This document shows positions 10,800-24,033 of a stretch of DNA of 64,000 nucleotides, in pieces; position 1 is the stretch's first letter; each line of letters starts with the position of its first letter. Position numbers and translations under genes: made by a program. The notes under the pieces are model-generated. The model did no database searches and was not told the origin of the DNA. It was given only the letters and a program-made list of their open reading frames with translations. This stretch comes from Laetmonice hystrix (taxonomy: Eukaryota): contig OZ249436.1 of the NCBI GenBank assembly GCA_965235115.1, forward strand, positions 46,936,001 to 47,000,000, written 5' to 3'.

Positions 10800-11640
10800 T
10801 TGCTATGCCCCTTCTCGCAGAAAATGCTATATGTCATAGGCCTATTCTGGTTGCGGTAATGACCACGCTGTCTGAGACAGGGCTAATATAGGAAATGGGA
10901 GCAGGGCGAGGGGCCAACCTGGTAAGGCGATTCTTCTTGCAAAATCTATATGATTTTTATTTAAAGGTGGAATTTCATTATATAATTTTACCTGACCGTC
11001 CCCAGTCCCGATTTCTGGGAATGGGATCCGTCCTTTAATCTCAAAGTCTTATTGAAATAAAAGATTGATGTTAAAATCGTATGGACGTCGCTCGATTCGT
11101 CTCTTCAGAGATAGAGACAGGGATAGAGATATTTGGGGGGAAAAGGTCTTTCGTAGTTCATGCATTGTCATAAAAATGATTTCTATGTATAATAAAACGT
11201 GGGTTGATGGCGGGGAAGATGAACAGTTTACCAGTGTTTTACCTAAAGATTAGTCACCTGTACCCTGGACTGGACTGAGTAGGGAAAGCAAAGACGTAGT
11301 AAGTACGCCTAAAGGGTTATCTCATCGTGTGACACTTACAATAATTGTTGTAGTTCCAGTTGAGTGTATGGTCCGTGTCCCCTCCACACGCAAACGTAAG
11401 GGGTGAGGGGGTGAGGGGTATTATAGAGATGAGGTCAGGGAGTATTATATAGAGATGGGGGATGTTGGGGATTCCTTCTTCACAGATTGTCAAAGTAGGT
11501 GTAACCCTCATTTTCTGTACAGGTAGGATAAAAAATAGGATATTAGGATATTAAATATATGGCTATACTCCACCCCCTCATGCACCAAACTGGTTTAATC
11601 TTCTATGGAACTAATATTGTAGGCCTATTAAAGGATTTGA

Positions 11641-13051
11641 AGGTAATATGTCACGAATTTCAAATAATACGTCGTGTTTCAGCAAAAATATGTCTGCATT
11701 GCGGTTCTCCGATATGCCCCAAAGGTCCCCTACCTGTTTATGTAGCTTTGGCCGGTATTTTGTAAAACAATCGCCAATTCTTAATGCGGTCACTGCATAA
11801 AAATGACACACTTAGATTCCGAGACCCCGGGATTTGCAGCCGGCTGTGTTTTGCACCCTTTTCACACGATTGGCGGCATTCGGAAAACCTCGGCCCAACT
11901 TCCGGTCGCTTCGCTGTAGTTGTGCTCGGACACCCCTCGACGCATTGATATACATGGATTCCATGTATCGCCCCATTGCGCAATGACACAAGACTGGCAC
12001 AGGTAGTGAGATGCCGGCAAAAATTGAGTCCCTTATATATATAGTGGGTAGAGCCTCTATTAATGGTGTTAGTAAACTCATATAGACCAGATATCATTAT
12101 AAAGTTGTTGTTACGTTAACAACTTTGACCAAACATAGATTAATCGAATAAAATGACCCGGCAACTTCGCGACAGCTCTGCAGGGTCGCACGGGTGGCTC
12201 CCGGTGGGGATAGCTAGGGCGGCCGGCGGTACGCGGGCTCCGAGTCGCCCTAGCTAGCTCATAATATGGAACCACTTTGAGTATGGATTTGCCGTATCAA
12301 TTTACCTTGATTTGACTGGATTCAACACAAGGGTGTTCAACAGAGTCAAGTCGTCAAAATGAACCGTCACAATCGGCGTAAAATGAAAGAAGTCAAAGTA
12401 CAAACCATCACAGAAAAACGGGTGTTACGATTCAACGGTGGCGTGTAACGGTTTGACAGGCTACCTTGATTCGATCCTCTTATCACACGGATCATACATG
12501 CTAAATAAGGAATAGTCCACGTTTTCATGGCTTAATGTCATTGTCAAGAAAGGCTACAATCCGTGACAAATTCGGTTTCAGTTTTTTGCCAACTATTAAC
12601 GAAGAAAGCCGTCTATTGACAGCATCACAGCCCAGACACTGGCCGTTGTTTACATGGGACGCTACGACAATAGTGCGCTGACCCCATCTGACCCAATATG
12701 GCGACCTCCGATTGGTATCCGAGTCTCTCTACATCGTAAAGGGCTCGGTGTTCCGAATGGATTGGCGGATGGGCCATTATAGCGCGTGTTTACAGAGTCA
12801 CGTGATCATGGAACCCGTTCAAACGATTCACGGCAGCCAAAGGGGGCCAAAATGGCGGATTCATCGCACTTTGCGGACACTGCAGCTAGTTTTATTCGTT
12901 TTTCTACATTAGGGAGAATTTAACAGCTGTCTATTCGTAGTATGTGTTAACAGAATCATGAAAAACAATCAGTACCGTAAAGTACGTCAGTGGTGAGCAG
13001 GTAAGCAGAAAACTGAAGATTTCGGTCGATACGCCCCGTGACATATTACCT
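11641..13051. mobile_element. Kolobok-like non-autonomous DNA transposon (~1.4 kb)
   Basis: Perfect 15-bp TIRs AGGTAATATGTCACG / CGTGACATATTACCT, flanked by TTGA and TTAA (TTAA target site duplication with one change). Confidence 0.75.
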
Positions 13052-15243
13052 TTAAGTTACCTATTTAATATAGGCCTACATTGGACAAATTGGCGAAAAC
13101 ATTGCTTTAATAGTGTATGATAATTAGGTTCCATAACTCTGTCCACTTGCCTGATGGAACTTCCCATGGATTTTTATCAAATATGTGAAAACCAGAAAGT
13201 CTATAGGATGTCGCGCGTCTTTTACTGGACCTGCTCCCCCCTGCACCTTCGAGATAGATTTTATCCTTAGTTCTCCGGAGTAAACAAAACACTCTCGTTA
13301 TTTACTCGACAGATTTTTATGATGACTTAAGCAGCGATGTGCTATTGGTGTCAAGATGTCAGAAAAATGAACGGTTTCGTCGGGGAACTATATCGTTATG
13401 CGCATGCAGTGTGCACTAGACGGTTCCGCGAAGAAGAATCATGGCCGCAGCCTTCCTTTCGAGCGATCCCAACCAGAAATGTAGAATGTGAGGGTGGCAG
13501 GGCATTTTGTCGCTGACCTATGTAGGCCTATCACCTATATTAAACCTACGAAGTATGCCAGTGATAGAAGGTGCATAGGTGTTGACGAGGTGTTGATCTA
13601 TAGCTCTCCCTAACGCTCAACCATGCAGATTGACATAAATCCTTTAATATTATGGAAGGAGAGATTCTTCCCCAGTTTGATATGCTTATATAAAAGCCAC
13701 TACGCCCGCGCCTCATCATCATGTAGGCCTATAAACAATACATGATTACATGGATGGCGCATTACCTCAAAAAGTCTGCTTGACTGAGTCTCGGTCCACG
13801 TCACGTGATCACGGGGGTGATCTTATTGGCGAGTCTGACAAGGTCCGATAACAGACGGCCGTCTCAGGAGACACGGGTTGTTTAGTTGAGGACAGCCGTC
13901 CTCATCTCCCGAGGACGTTAGGGACGGCCAGAGATTAATTCTTACGTATTGACTGGATCTAGAGTTGGCATTGTCGCTGACGCAGAAATAAGGCTTGATC
14001 AACGCGCACAGCGACTGGCCTGGGCGGCTGCGGTGAGCGATAATGGAGGATACCTCGATCCGTGGGTTCAGTGATAGAGATTCCCCCAAGTTTCGACCAT
14101 ATGCGCTCGTGGATACTAGTTATTGTGAAATCTTATCAGGGGATATCGGACACAGCTGGCCGTTTGGGTCATGTGTCCAGATAAAGGCATACAACTTGGG
14201 AGGAGTGAATTTATGACGTTATTTGTTCTCTATACTCTTAAACTTTTGCAACTTTTTTGGACACGCAATTTTAGATCTTAAAGAACCATTAAAGAACCCC
14301 CTGTCACCAGATCACTGATGAGCCCAGGATCTTAGCCACCTATCGTGGTTTCTCTTCTCATCTGGACTTCGTGCTGGTGCAAGACTCTCACTGTCTGTAT
14401 GTGATCAAGTTTTGCAGACTGAAAATGAGATTTTCTTCCACAAGGGCTCATAGGGCCTACAGGACCGTCGGAACAATTTGGAGCATCAGGCCTGGTGGGA
14501 AAAAGAGCCTTTAATAAACAAAAACAATCTATTATTTATGGAAAAGAGAGGCTATGCCTATACAGTAAGCACGTCTATCTAGGGTTAATCGTTCCTTACA
14601 TCGATGTCGTTCATCATTTATAATTTTTCTTTAAGATTTTTGTCCAACTCAAGATGTTTCCATGGTGTTCATAAACTTGAAGATACACGCGTTGATGGTC
14701 TGCGTCTGTCTCGGACGAACGTGATTGTGTAAACCAACATGGCGTGATCAAAACGTTGTGGACGGTGAGTATAATCAGGACGGAAGCACATAGAAATTCG
14801 GACCGACTACACTTGCTGATATTCACAAACCGCAAGTTCTTTTAACGCTTCGATTGTGACGTCTGCCAGAGAATCTCGCGTAGCCGTGATGAGTTGGAGA
14901 ACGGGAGACCGCGCGCCGTCGGAGACAAGCTTTGTCATCAGGAAGAAAACCTTGTCGTTAAAGGGGAACTCCGTGCACGTCTTCACATCATAGCTGGCCA
15001 TTTTATCGGCTTTACGCAGCAGTCCTCCGGTACTCTAGTTACCGGACAGTAAGTTGTAGTTCAAGTTTTTCATTATTGTCCCCTTGTAAACAGCAGTTAT
15101 CCAAAGGCCTACATGTATTTGAAAGCTAGCATTTGAACATTCAAACTTTATAAACACCAATTTCAAAACATATCAGTTTGCTACAGATAGGCCTATTCAT
15201 TAGTTACTCGCCGGGCCCTAACTGGCAGTTTTCAGCCACCCCC

Positions 15244-15505
15244 CAGTGGTGGATCCAGGATTTCAGGGGAGGGGGCACCTTTTGGTGGATAATCAGTGAC
15301 CCTTTTTCGGGGGGTCTGGGGGCCCTCCCCCTGAATTTTGTTTTTCAGGAACATCGGAGACGTGTTGTCTGAACATGTAGAGTAGACATTTCTCCCAAAT
15401 CTTTCAACGAAATTTTATTATTTTTACGCATGAAACATAGGAATTAGGCAAGAGTTTGGAAAATAGAGGGGAGGCCGGGCACCCCCCCCCCCGAATCCGC
15501 CACTG
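15244..15505. mobile_element. hAT-like MITE family copy
   Basis: TIRs CAGTGGTGGATCC / GAATCCGCCACTG; body homologous to 8020-8240. Confidence 0.7.
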
Positions 15506-18500
15506 ACCCCTATCCCGTTGAAAAGAAGAGGGCAAGGACAACTATCATAGACGATATATGGCTTGGGTTAGAGGTGTTCTTTGACTTCTATTAGGGTGCA
15601 ACCTACTTCCTTCTATCACAAACACTCAATGACGCAATGACAGTGACGCAGCATCTTTACCGTAAGTCAGGTCCGAAGCGATCGCTTATAATAATATACA
15701 GTAACAACCTGTTTTTTCTGATATAATATCATCTTTTAAAGTTGCTTTTGAACAAGGATATGATGCGTAACTTTTCTTGTAGTTAGCGAAGCGTGGGAGA
15801 TAACTAGGATCACTGCACGTAGATCTACCCACACAAATAAACCAGCCTATACCTCCCGCGTACCTCCTGGTCTGCCCGCCAGGGGGTCGGCCCACGTGAC
15901 CAATCACGACCCTGGTAACCGTTAGTAACCCGGAACTGGAATTAAGTCAAGCGAAACGAACCGTGAACACTAAACTTGCGGTCACCAAAGCTCGGATATG
16001 GGCAAGATTTTCTCGGAGTCTACTAGCTATTTCTGTGAATAGCCAGCGACTACAACCCAGAAAAACTGACCCCACTCGAGTAAGGGGTGTTTCCGGTCCA
16101 AAAAATATTAAAAAATCGTTTTAGGCATGGTTGTACTTTCCATCAGAAGATAGTGCTTTTCGAAAATAGATACCAACTGTCGATACGACTGTCATTTCTG
16201 TATTAATTGACTCCACAACACATCGATCAACTACGTCGAATCTGTTGACGTCTACGATTAAAAAAAGTTTTAATGTTAAAAAAAAAAAAAAGAATCTGAG
16301 GACCGTCTTCGAACAGTCCGAACTCGAGGTCAATCATGTTTCAAGAAAAACGGCTGAATACATAGTATCAGTAAAAGTGTGCTGTCATACACAGGTTATG
16401 AGTAACAGTATTCAAACGATCGTTTGTAAGTTGTGTTGTGTAAACAATGCCGGAAACATGTTCACGGAAAAGTTAACGGGTTGTAGAAATCTTTGGCCTG
16501 GGTTCTCTCTATGTAAACACGCACCGGAAGTGCCTTGGGTGAACACGCGTTCGCGTCTGGACGTAACATCGTCTGCCATCCGTGACGGACGAACCGCTGA
16601 AGTTACGGTCGCTGGAGACGAGGTCACGAGATTTGCCGCGAGCCGTTTGACCCGAGAGGTCACCTAATAAGGTGTGATCCACTGAGGACAGGTAGTCCAC
16701 CACCACCAACCCGCTGTCTTCAGTATGTACGTCCTGTTGGCGTGTAGGCCTAATAATCTGGGCAAAGTGGGGTGTAGGTCACTGGGTTGGCTTAAGGTTT
16801 CGGTAGTCAGATAAAGCATGCAATAAATTTCCCGCTCCATATAGCGAGAAATGGGGCAAACGGTTAAAGAAACACGGGAATTCCGAAGAGGTAAACATCA
16901 CGGATGGCTCCCGGGACTGTCCTGGGGCCATTCAATGTTTCCATCGCATTTTATGGAGCATTTAGTAAGATCCAAAGAATTTATATTCGTGTGTGCATTT
17001 AATTCGCACTGGGCATGCTATACATGTTCACCATGCTGTAATTGATCTCAGTATAGTAGGTCTATGGGGTGGACGAGCGGCTAGGCCTCTAGCTACAGGG
17101 AAAGTAGTATAAGGGAACCCGTTTTGAATATTAAGGCACAGGGTGGGATTATGTGGATACTTTACATCGTGCCAGTAACATTATGTTCACCCCTTCATCT
17201 GTGGCACAGAGACGTTTCATGAATATATGAGTTGGATTCACTCTCCGCCTTATTCCCTACGGACTCTGGAATAGTATTTTTAACGTTTTTACGGTACTGG
17301 GCATTGTTTTGTGTTACTCAAGTTTATTGGAGTGTTTGGTGACTAAATGTTATGTGTAAAAACAACCACTGACATCAGTAGCAGAATCAAACATCTGTAG
17401 TGATTTGTGCTCAACGATTGAATTAGTTTCCAAGGTAATATTTCTCCCCAGTCGATGCCAACTTTAATAATGACCGCAGCATTGAGAGATACGCCTTGCA
17501 GGAATTCCCAGGAGATCATCTTCACAGCCCCACCCAGAGACTTCTGTCTGTCTGTCAGTTTCTCTCTCCACCGGAGTGAATATGATTTAAAGACCTCAGC
17601 GCCAGGATAACTCGGTTCGGTATGGTTCGGTTCGCCTCAAACGAAACTCATTTATCGTTTAATGTTGCCCAAGTCGGTCTCCTTAATGGACATGTCGACC
17701 GCAGGCAGCTATGGGGAATAAAAATAATTCATAAGATCGATTTAGGGAGTACAATATGGATGTACACTAATGATCGGATCCATCGACGCCTCTATGTGAC
17801 GCCTCTATGTGACGCCTCTATGTGACGACACCGGCTCTTAACGTGGCAGCCTCTGATCGGCATCGCATTACTGTTGGAACAATGGGTTCAATTACGTCAG
17901 TATGTTCACACCAAAAAACGTCCCTTTAACGGTTATTTCTGCCGCTTTGACGCCTAAAGGGCCACAATTAGATTGGCTTACATGGCGCCATGCCCTCGAC
18001 GCTTCTAGCAGCCTTTCGATTCATTAACCGCCCGAAAAACGGTCTCTATTCAAACCAGGGACAGAGATTTTCAAAGGAGACTCCGCAACTGTCATTAGGA
18101 CCCCAGCTGAGAGTCAGTGGAGTGACGAACGGTACTCAACCCCGATGTGGGATTCGGTGCTTGATGCCTTCAGGACCACTCTTTAAGTCTTTAAAACTAT
18201 TTCCAGAGCTTTAAGCATTATACACGCGGCTGAGAATTGCTGGATATTTCCAGGAATGATCAGTTTATTTCTTTGCATAGTTTCCTATATGCCATTGAAG
18301 TAGCGTATTTAGAATAATCCTTTCTTTTCCTTTTAAGCACTAAACCCTCACCACGTTCAACGTCTTTAATAAATCATTAACAACATTATGCTTGGGTATT
18401 GAAGTTGTCGTTTCGCCATCACAGGACCTTTCAGTATACTGAGATCAGGCAGTGACAGGCCGAGTTGGTTAGTCGCTGTCGTTTTGACTATGAGGAAATA

Positions 18501-18523
18501 AATACCTCTATATTGTAACATTC

Positions 18524-18526
<3 letters not shown>

Positions 18527-18597
<71 letters not shown>
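18527..18597. repeat. (TA)n microsatellite
   Basis: About 35 perfect TA units. Confidence 0.98.
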
Positions 18598-18602
<5 letters not shown>

Positions 18603-19140
18603 GACAAAAATGTTATCTCTGTTTGACAGGCTGGTACCGTTTACAGACATCTAGGGAAAGGTTATAGCTGTAAAAACTGCTGACTCCACTATTGTGGCAA
18701 GGTCACAAATCTGGGACTCGCCTTCAGACTGTCTTCTATCCCTGTACTGTTTACATGTGGCAGACGTACGGCTGAGATACAACTGAGAGGTCTGACCCCA
18801 ATTGTACACGAGCATAGAAACCTATGATTTTCGAATATTAGAGGGTGAGAGCAGCCGAGTTATTTATTCATTCTTTATCATTCCTTTCTCCTACCCGTCC
18901 ATTTGAAGGTGTTTTATCGTGAAAACTGGTGTCATCTCGAACCAGCGTAACAACTGACATGATCAGAGCGACGCCGTGTGGAATGTCATCATCAAAGTCA
19001 CGCGGAATCGTTTCATGTCACCTGGTATCTTCATAAAGAAAAGTTTTAATGAGTTCAGGGAGAAAATGGCGGGAAGACAAGGTCAGGTAGTGTGGTAATC
19101 CGTACAATGTCGTCACTTCCGGATCGCTGTGCCTTTATAT

Positions 19141-19239
19141 TCCTCCTCCTGCTCCTCCTGCTACCCCTCCTCTTGCTCCTCCTGCTCCCCCTCCTGCTCC
19201 TCCTGCTCCCCCTCTTCCTCCTCCCCCCTCCTCCTGCTG
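19141..19239. repeat. (CTC/CTG)n low-complexity pyrimidine tract
   Basis: Directly visible; explains the poly-Leu ORF. Confidence 0.9.
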
Positions 19240-19698
19240 TCTGTCTCTCTTTCTTTCACTGTCATACCTGTATATATAGCTCGCTGTGATCATACACTTT
19301 CAGGCAACAGTTAGTTGCCGTCACCTTTTACTTAGAAAATGACGAGCGTACGTGAAAAAAAATACAGAAAAGAAGTCCGGATAGCGGATGTGATAACTAG
19401 AAATGTTGGGAGTTTCTGACAGCTACCGTACTGATGACTTACTCACAGTTCACTGGCCTGGAACTGACTGTGGGGATGAGCCGCTTCACTTCCTCACTAG
19501 TTGGTTATCCTGCTGATAGCCACTTGCATGGATTGCACACAGACATGTCCCTAATTGCGGCTTAATTACCTGCAGTAACAGGAACCGATGTTCTGATAGC
19601 ATGCTCGGGATTCTATCCTTTGTCTTGTCACACATCTTTCTTAAAGGGACCGGCAGTCTCGGACACCTGTGTCTGGGATATATCTCAACGACTAACGG

Positions 19699-19772
19699 CT
19701 GATTGGCTGTTCTAAGCAGACCAGCCAATCAGAAGCGTTAAGCTTAAGTTTAAGCAAGATTACGAACTGGGC
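19699..19772. mobile_element. Truncated copy of the palindromic MITE at 31841-31978
   Basis: Shares CTGATTGGCTGTTCTAAGCAGACCAGCCAATCAGAAG...TTAAGCAAGAT...TACGAACTGGGC. Confidence 0.7.
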
Positions 19773-20066
19773 GGTGAAGAAATTTGTAAAAGTATTCAAG
19801 TATACGAAGTCGTGTCATTGTGAAGTTTTATTAACTTCTCCAGATCTCCGATCACCGCCCCCCCCCTCCGGTGGAAACTACTCCAATGTTGCGATCAGTG
19901 CTCCTCTTCATTGCGTCTACACCAATCGTATGCAATTTTTGTCAGTATGACATTGAGATAAGTGTCAAACAGCCATCGACATGGCAGCTAGTTATTTCCT
20001 GACACCAGACACAAAGAAGATTCTAATCAAGACATCGGAGATATTCTGTCACCAACCAGAGACGGT

Positions 20067-20840
20067 GGCCGCGGTGGCTCAGCGGTCTAAGGCCCTGGCT
20101 CTGGTGATCACAGGGACTCTAACCTCTGGGTTCATACCCCCTCGATGTGAGATGTGAGGAGGTTTGTCAGATACCTGCTGTAAGGTTTGTGAGTTACCTG
20201 CTGGAAGGTTTGTGAGTTACCTGCTGTCAGGTTTGTCAGTTACCTGTTGTTTGTCAGTTACCTGCTGTAAGGTTTGTCAGTTACCTGCTGTAAGGTTTGT
20301 CAGTTACCTGCTGTAAGGTTTGTCAGTTACCTGCTATAAGGTTTGTGAGTTACCTGCTGTAAGGTTTGTCAGTTACCTGCTGGAAGGTTTGTGAGTTACC
20401 TGCTGTCAGGTTTGTCAGTTACCTGCTGTAAGGTTTGTCAGTTACCCGCTGTAAGGTTTGTCAGTTACCTGCTGTAAGGTTTGTCAGTTACCTGCTGTAA
20501 GGTTTGTCAGTTACCCGCTGTAAGGTTTGTCAGTTACCTGCTGTAAGGTTTGTCAGTTACCTGCTGTAAGGTTTGTCAGTTACCTGCTGTAAGGTTTGTC
20601 AGTTACCTGCTGTAAGGTTTGTCAGTTACCTGCTGTAAGGTTTGTCAGTTACCTGCTGTAAGGTTTGTCAGTTACCTGCTGTAAGGTTTGTAAGTTACCT
20701 GCTGTAAGTTTTGTCAGTTACCTGCTGCAGGTCGGTGGTTCCCCCGGACACTCCGGTTTCATCCACCAGTAAACCTGACCGCCTTGATATGACCCTGGCT
20801 GTTGCCAAGTGGTTAAACTCCAATCCAAATCCAAAAATTC
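20067..20840 (+). mobile_element. tRNA-derived SINE with V-domain-like core, interrupted by a 23-bp minisatellite
   Basis: A box TGGCTCAGCGG (20075), B box GGGTTCATACCC (20128), core GGTCGGTGGTTCCCCCGGACACTCCGGTTTCATCCACCA, and a short-repeat tail (CCAAT/CCAAAT). Confidence 0.75.
20160..20728. repeat. 23-bp minisatellite (AGGTTTGTCAGTTACCTGCTGTA), ~25 copies
   Basis: Directly visible. Confidence 0.97.
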
Positions 20841-20916
20841 AAAACCACACAGAGACCACTGAGTCACCGCAAAGTGAAGGCGAGGCAGGAGCGTGGTGGT
20901 TCGGCAGTCGACTGCT

Positions 20917-20930
20917 CTGCCCCCTGGTGG
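20917..20930 (-). promoter_or_regulatory. CTCF-like motif
   Basis: Minus strand reads CCACCAGGGGGCAG, a full consensus match. Confidence 0.5.
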
Positions 20931-21679
20931 ATAAAAAGCGCCGGTGTTTTTGGCAGTCCCTGTGCGAGTTCCTCGTCAGTCTCTGTCAAACTTTGATGAT
21001 GGCGTGGCTCTAATTTCCATTGATCATAATCAAAGTCGATGAAACTATTAATTCCAAAGTTTCGGGGGGACAATTAACATAATTTGATCGACATGCAGTT
21101 ACAAAGTATCTCAGGCAATTAGTATGGGTCGATTGGGACATTTGCCCCTAATTCGACGCGTATTTGTATTATCAGTCAATCCTGATTAGTGACTTTAACA
21201 GGTAGACCTAGATGAATATTTTTCTTTTTACGAAATTTGGTTTGAAGGATACGAATTAACTGCAGCCCATTTCTGTACATAGAGTACCAAGATATCCACC
21301 TAGTACAGATCAAATTAACTTAGAAATATTTTCTTATTTTCAAGGTCCATGTATTATTACTGTGGTCCTTAATGAGATGACGTTATTACTAATTTGATTA
21401 AAAAGCTAAACATGCTCCCTTTGAAGCTAGACAAGTTTCGGAGGCATTGAGAAATAGCAAACAGAAATAGGTCCTACGTATTTTTTTGCTGTTTTACTAT
21501 TGCGATGTGTGAACCATGTACTTCCGGTTGAGGAGCACTTCATGGCGCGATTAGACGAGACGAGTTTTAGGTCAATTATAACAAACCCGGTCGTGTGTGG
21601 TCGCCTGTCAGAATCATGGATAGGAATTACGTGTTCCATGTCTATCTGAATGTCTGTTTCTATATCTGCATGTCATGGT

Positions 21680-21909
21680 CAGGGGTGGATCCGGGGGTTC
21701 GACCGGTTTCCGGAAACCAGTCAAAGGCTGCCCCCACTCCCAAACAAGAGTGTTTTAATAAAATGTACATTTTCCAGGCGTTATTTTTTTAGTTTAAATT
21801 TCGGTAATTCTCTGGCCTAAAACGCAAAAAAGCACTCCAATTTCTTAATTGCACTAGCACTCCCATATAATGATACTGGAAACCAGTCAAGAAACTGGAT
21901 CCGCCCCTG
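21680..21909. mobile_element. hAT-like MITE family copy
   Basis: TIRs CAGGGGTGGATCC / GGATCCGCCCCTG. Confidence 0.65.
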
Positions 21910-23663
21910 GCGGATGTCGTGAGTGTTTAAATTTACTTGTTAGGGGTTGACCGTCAGAGCCTGAGTTATAGGGGTTGGTGAGGCATTTGGTTTCGTTACT
22001 GGTAACCTGCTTAAAGCAACCACAACCTCAGGTCCAGGGTTGATCATTATCTCTTGTAGTCAAAGAACCTCGATACCGAGGCTCTTTGTTGTTGGTGTGG
22101 TCCGACATGTTGTCTGGCCGGGTGTTATATACTCCGAACGAGTGTTGTCTTGAAACGACCTTAAATGAAAATATATAACAATTCAAATCAAACATTAAAT
22201 CCATGATATCGAACGTGACACCTTAAAAGCTTGTTTGATTGGTGATAAAAGGTATGTCGCTACCATCACTAGATCCTGAATCATGTGGGTCAGAATGTAT
22301 TTTGTGACGCAGTGTTCGTGTTATATCTACAGGTTTATAACATCGGTTATACCATCGCACTGTGGTTAGCTGACCACCCTGCCATGGCACGTGCCTGCGT
22401 GTCCATTTGTCGTCCGGTTTCTCATTCGTGCACACCCCACTTATCTTACATATTGCCACTTCAGTGGACTCTGTTGTACTGTTCTCCTTCTGTTGTCGGT
22501 CTTGCTATGTTTTGTAGATCTGTTAATAGCAATACATAAGAATTATTGCTATCCTGTGACCCGAACCTACGTTTGAACTCTCCCGGCACTATTGACATTG
22601 GAATACATTAATTACAAACATCATTATCATTATTTGGTTGAATATTTATAAACCTTTTGTTTTCACGTCTTTCAGTCGAGTGACCTTGGTGAACATTAAT
22701 TATAGTCCTACCTCAGTCCCAGAATATACAATTAATCGATCTGTGAAACAACACATAGATAAATATGATATATTTTATGGACGGCGTGGCCCCAGAGGAG
22801 TGGAAGAATGGGTCTTCAATTCTCACCCTCCGATCACGAGCCGTGTGCATGAATACTTACGACTAGGAAGGCTGCACGCGAATTTACTTCTGAATTAACT
22901 ACACTAATTTGAATCTCGTTAATTACATGTTTGAGTAAATATAGGCGGGGTATTGAATACATAATTATAGGTGTCAATTATGTCGAGGTGATCAGTTTCA
23001 AACACGAGGGGTAGAAGCTGTGGAGGCAGATAACCTTGGGCGTTTTCCTCCCTTACAAAACAACACTGATTGACTGTTTCAGTGACCATTCTCCAGAACT
23101 TCGCATTACCATATAGCGCCCCTACTTGTGCGACTGTTGGAGGGTGGTAGCTTTTATCATGTGTTGAAGACACAACAAAACGATTCAACCTCTTCCTGTC
23201 CCCTTCAGGGGGTCACATCAGGCTGCTGTCAGGCTGACTGACTCCGCCACGTGACCTCGCGGCGGGACTGACCGAGGCGTCCTTATTCAGGTATCGAGGC
23301 AGTAATTACAGGTTTTACTGCAGCGATCCGGGAACTGATGAAGGTTTACCTGTCAATGATGATGCCGGGAAAGGGGATGATTGTAGTGGGGGGGGGGGGG
23401 GTAAACACCCCTGTAATACTTGCCCCAGACTATTGCTGTTGTTGGTAGGTACGTCATGTGTACAGCATCATCACATCACAACTAAACCAACAATAAAGGT
23501 CCCTGATTGAAAAGGTTAATTTAGATGGTGTGTTTATGGACGGTTCGTCACAGGTAGGTACGAGTCATCCCGGTGCTTTCAGTAGGGCGGACAGTATGAT
23601 AACAGGTAACACCCAGTATGGAACCACATTAAACCAATCAATGGACCAGGAGCATCCTCCTCC

Positions 23664-24033
23664 AGGGTAACGGTACGGCTGAAACACGGTCCTGGTGACG
23701 GTACGAGACACGGTCCTAGTGACGGTAGGGCTGGAGACACGGTCCTGGTGACGGTAGGGCTGGAGACACGGTCCTGGTGACGGTACGGCTGGAGACACGG
23801 TCCTAGTGACGGTACGGCTGGAGACACGGTTCTGGTGACGGTACGGCTGACGACACCGTCCTGGTAACGGTACGGCTGACGACACGGTCCTGGTAACGGT
23901 ACGGCTGGAGACACGGTCCTGGTGACGGTACGGCTGGAGACACGGTCCTAGTAACGGTACGAGACACGGTCCTGGTGACGGTACGGCTGGAGACACGGTC
24001 CTGGTAACGGTACGGCTGGAGACACGGTCCTGG
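23664..24033. repeat. 29-bp minisatellite (CACGGTCCTGGTGACGGTACGGCTGGAGA), ~13 copies with shortened variants
   Basis: Directly visible; explains the three overlapping repetitive minus-strand ORFs. Confidence 0.95.

Noticed and set aside
16447..16520. THAP-domain-like start (MPETC...GCRN)
   Set aside because: Needs a frameshift and lacks the downstream conserved Trp/Cys/His residues.
20067..20140. tRNA gene
   Set aside because: It has A/B boxes but no clean cloverleaf, and it continues into a SINE body and tail.
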